NCBI GenBank assembly: GCA_963812015.1
Contig: CAWETI010000003.1
Coordinates: 1,760,001-1,824,000, forward strand
Reading direction: 5' to 3'
DNA from: an uncultured delta proteobacterium
Lineage (GTDB): Bacteria; Desulfobacterota; Desulfobaccia; Desulfobaccales; 0-14-0-80-60-11
Length of the DNA: 64,000 nucleotides
In this document: piece by piece, positions 61,145 through 64,000 of the stretch
Layout: the number at the start of each line of letters is the position of its first letter
Position numbering within the stretch: position 1 is the first letter of the stretch
Made by a program: the position numbers and the translations under genes
The notes under the pieces: model-generated
Databases searched by the model: none
What the model saw: the letters and a program-made list of their open reading frames with translations, nothing else
Told to the model about the DNA's origin: nothing

Positions 61145-62551
61145 ATGTACCCAAGCAGCACCCGGGTGCTCGTCGTGGACGATGATCGGGATATCAGCTC
61201 GTTGCTCTCAGCCCTTATGAACAAAGAGGGGTTGACCAGCATGACAGCCCATGACGGGGAGACGGCCCTGCAGATGATCCCCGTGGCCAGGCCCGACATG
61301 ATGCTGGTGGACGTCAAGATGCCCGGTATCGACGGCATGACCGTCTTGAAGCGAGTCAAGGAAACTGACCCCCATCTGCCGGTGGTTCTCATCACCGCGT
61401 ATGCCGAGATTTCCGCCACGGTTGCGGCTATGCGGGCCGGAGCGTTCGATTATCTGGCCAAACCTTTTGACCACTCGGAGGTAATCCGGGTGGTGCGGGC
61501 CGCCCTGGCCGAACGGGACCGCCGGCGCCGTTCCATGGCCGAAGAAGGCTCGACGGATAATTGTCTCCGGGTCATGATGGGTCCCAGCGATGCCGTCACT
61601 CACATTATCCGGGAAGTGAACCGGGTGGCCCAATCGGACTTCAGCGTTATCATCCAGGGGGAAACCGGCTCCGGCAAGGAACTGGTGGCCCGGGCCATCT
61701 ACCAGTTGAGTGGGCGCGCCGACACCCCCTTTATTCCCCTGGATTGCGGGGCCATTCCCGAAACCTTAATCGAAAGCGAACTCTTCGGCTACCAAAAAGG
61801 GGCTTTTACCGGGGCCAGCGCACCAAAAGCAGGAAAGTTCGAAGCGGCTCACGGAGGCACCCTCTTCCTGGACGAAATTGCCAACCTGCCTCTGGGGGCC
61901 CAGGCGAAACTGCTGCGGGTCCTTCAGGAGAAGAAGGTCTTACGCCTGGGCGCGGTCAAGCCGGTAAAGGTTGACGTGCGCCTGGTCACCGCCTGCAACC
62001 AGGAACTCCAGGGACTGGTAGAATCGGGCCAGATGCGGGAGGACCTATACTTTCGCCTCAATGAATTTACCATCACCATCCCGCCCCTCCGGGAACGCAA
62101 AGACGACATCCCCTACCTGGCCAAACGGTTCATGGATCTCACCAACAAGGAATTGCAAAAAAACGTCCAGCGAATTTCCGAATATTGCCTCGAGGCCTTG
62201 CTGTCTTACAACTGGCCGGGAAACGTGCGCCAACTCCGGTCCGTCATCCGCCGGGCCGTCCTCTTGGCCGACGACATGATCACCGAGACCCATCTGGACA
62301 TCAAGCGCGCCCCGGTGCCGGGACTGGCCTTCACGCCCAAGATTCAGGGAACGCCTTGGGAGGAACTTTCTCTCCGGGAGATCGTCCAACGCAGCGTGGT
62401 CACCGTGGAGCGGGAAGTCCTGCTCCAGGTCCTGAAACATACCCGGGGAAATAAAGCCAAGGCGGCACGGCTATTGCACATAGATTATAAGACTATACAT
62501 ACCAAGCTGAAGCAGTTCGGCATTAACCGATCTGGAGGCGGTCATGACTAA
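61145..62551 (+). CDS. Sigma54-dependent NtrC-family response regulator (GvrA-like)
   Basis: Receiver DVKMP, GETGSGKE, GAFTGA, WPGNVRQL, Fis-type HTH. Confidence 0.94.
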   Translation: MYPSSTRVLVVDDDRDISSLLSALMNKEGLTSMTAHDGETALQMIPVARPDMMLVDVKMPGIDGMTVLKRVKETDPHLPVVLITAYAEISATVAAMRAGAFDYLAKPFDHSEVIRVVRAALAERDRRRRSMAEEGSTDNCLRVMMGPSDAVTHIIREVNRVAQSDFSVIIQGETGSGKELVARAIYQLSGRADTPFIPLDCGAIPETLIESELFGYQKGAFTGASAPKAGKFEAAHGGTLFLDEIANLPLGAQAKLLRVLQEKKVLRLGAVKPVKVDVRLVTACNQELQGLVESGQMREDLYFRLNEFTITIPPLRERKDDIPYLAKRFMDLTNKELQKNVQRISEYCLEALLSYNWPGNVRQLRSVIRRAVLLADDMITETHLDIKRAPVPGLAFTPKIQGTPWEELSLREIVQRSVVTVEREVLLQVLKHTRGNKAKAARLLHIDYKTIHTKLKQFGINRSGGGHD

Positions 62552-63050
62552 AAAGCAGGGTGGCGGTGGCGAAGTGGGCTTTGGCGGGGTCTTCAAGGGC
62601 CTGGCGGACCTCATCGAGAAACTGGGCGATCTGGCGGAAAAGGGCGAACATCTCAAGAAAAGCGGGGAATTTCAGCAGCAGGACGTCAAAGGGGTCTATG
62701 GTTTTTCCGTGAAGGTGGGCCTGGGGGATAAGGGGAACAAAGAAGTAAAGGTGGAGCCCTTCGGCAACGTCCGCCGGGATGAGAAGTCCGGGGAAACCGT
62801 CGTCCAGGAAATCCGGGAGCCCGTGGTGGACGTGTTCGAGGAAAAGGACCATACCCTGGTGGTGGCGGAGATGCCCGGCGTCAGCACCAAGGACGTGCAT
62901 CTTACGGTCAAGGAGGACCTGCTCACCATTTATGCCGAGAAACGGGATAAGAAGTACCGTAAGGAGATCCTGCTACCCCAGAGCTATCCCCGGGAGAAGA
63001 TGACAATGACGTGCAACAACGGCATTCTGGAGATCAAGTGCGTCCGGTAG
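62544..63050 (+). CDS. Archaeal-type Hsp20/alpha-crystallin protein (GvpH-like)
   Basis: VYGFSVKVG, VEPFGN, REPVVDVFEE, VAEMPGV, NNGILEI. Confidence 0.88.
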   Translation: MTKKQGGGGEVGFGGVFKGLADLIEKLGDLAEKGEHLKKSGEFQQQDVKGVYGFSVKVGLGDKGNKEVKVEPFGNVRRDEKSGETVVQEIREPVVDVFEEKDHTLVVAEMPGVSTKDVHLTVKEDLLTIYAEKRDKKYRKEILLPQSYPREKMTMTCNNGILEIKCVR

Positions 63051-63078
63051 GTGAGCCCCGGGATCATATACGAAAAAT

Positions 63079-64000
63079 ATGAAAACTGTGAAAAATATGA
63101 AAAAAACTGAAGAGTTGGTCCTCAAGCTAAAAGTGACCGAGGCCCTGAGCAAAGACGTGGGAAGAGCTTATGCCCGCATGGGGCCGGAAGACCTGGAAAA
63201 ACTCCAGGTGGCCATCGGCGACATCGTGGAGGTCGCCGGCAAACGGAAAACGGTGTGCAAGGCCATGCCCGCCTACAAGGATTTGCGGGGCCGGTCCCGG
63301 GTCCAACTGGACGGCATCAGTCGGGAAAACGCCGGCGCCGGGATCGATGACTTTGTGCAGGTGCAGAAGATCGCCTGCCGCCCGGCCGAACGGGTGGTTC
63401 TCACCCCCATAACTATTACCCCGGCCGACCGGGACCTCCAGTATATCGGCAGCCTCCTGGATGGCCTGCCAGTGCGGGAGGGGGACCGCATCCGGGCCAC
63501 CCTGTTCGGCAGCCGCACCGCCGATTTCAAGGTGGAAGCTCTAACCCCCCGGGGGCCGGTGCTGATCAACCCCACCACCTCCCTGGTGATCGGCAAGGCT
63601 GGGGCCCCGGAACCCCGTAAGGCGGCGGTATCCTATGAAGACGTGGGCGGTCTCAAGCCCCAACTCCAGCGCATCCGGGAGATGATCGAACTGCCGTTGC
63701 GCTACCCCGAACTGTTCGAACGTCTGGGCATCGACGCCCCCAAAGGGGTGTTGCTCCACGGCCCCCCCGGCTGCGGCAAGACCCTCATCGCCCGCACTAT
63801 TGCCCACGAGACCGAGGCCAACTTTTTCTCGGTGAGCGGTCCGGAGGTGGTGCACAAGTTCTATGGCGAGTCCGAGGCCCACCTGCGCAAGATCTTTGAG
63901 GAGGCCGGACGTAAGGGACCCAGCATCATCTTCATAGACGAGATAGATTCCATCGCCCCTCGGCGGGAAAATGTCGTCGGGGATGTGGAGAAACGGGTGG
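63079..64000 (+). CDS. CDC48/VCP-family AAA+ ATPase, partial (GvpZ-like)
   Basis: Translated by hand: [18 protein letters not shown]-domain, [56 protein letters not shown]; open to the window end. Confidence 0.92.
   Translation, partial: MKTVKNMKKTEELVLKLKVTEALSKDVGRAYARMGPEDLEKLQVAIGDIVEVAGKRKTVCKAMPAYKDLRGRSRVQLDGISRENAGAGIDDFVQVQKIACRPAERVVLTPITITPADRDLQYIGSLLDGLPVREGDRIRATLFGSRTADFKVEALTPRGPVLINPTTSLVIGKAGAPEPRKAAVSYEDVGGLKPQLQRIREMIELPLRYPELFERLGIDAPKGVLLHGPPGCGKTLIARTIAHETEANFFSVSGPEVVHKFYGESEAHLRKIFEEAGRKGPSIIFIDEIDSIAPRRENVVGDVEKRV

Noticed and set aside
63072..63103. Duplicated GAAAAATATGAAAA at the CDC48 start
   Set aside because: A simple in-frame 18-nt duplication that only makes the start codon ambiguous (63079 or 63097).

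Overview
GC-rich bacterial chromosome segment. Gene content (DVU0298-like and Sfum_1244-like proteins, IorAB, DksA-MoaC-DnaJ linkage) suggests a deltaproteobacterium/Desulfobacterota; this is an inference. Most of the window is housekeeping: ssb, pgeF, rlmN-dksA-moaC-dnaJ, M18 aminopeptidase, tRNA-Leu-tig-clpP-clpX-lon-tRNA-Val-tRNA-Asp, cysS, uvrB, dnaJ, yggT/yggU, guaA, holB-ricT. The accessory parts are: (i) a candidate sigma54-dependent sRNA after tRNA-Asp; (ii) a livH-iorA-iorB-livM-livG operon interrupted by REP/MITE repeats and small cargo genes, one with an in-frame TGA at a likely Cys position; (iii) a co-oriented 8-kb locus of csp, PAS histidine kinase, NarL-type regulator, apparently catalytically dead Prim-Pol, frameshifted PAS/HD-GYP and an Ada-Zn-domain membrane protein; (iv) a tyrosine-recombinase relic followed by an NtrC-Hsp20-CDC48 module resembling the gvrA-gvpH-gvpZ arm of gas-vesicle clusters, which runs off the right end. 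No CRISPR array, rRNA or intact transposase was seen.
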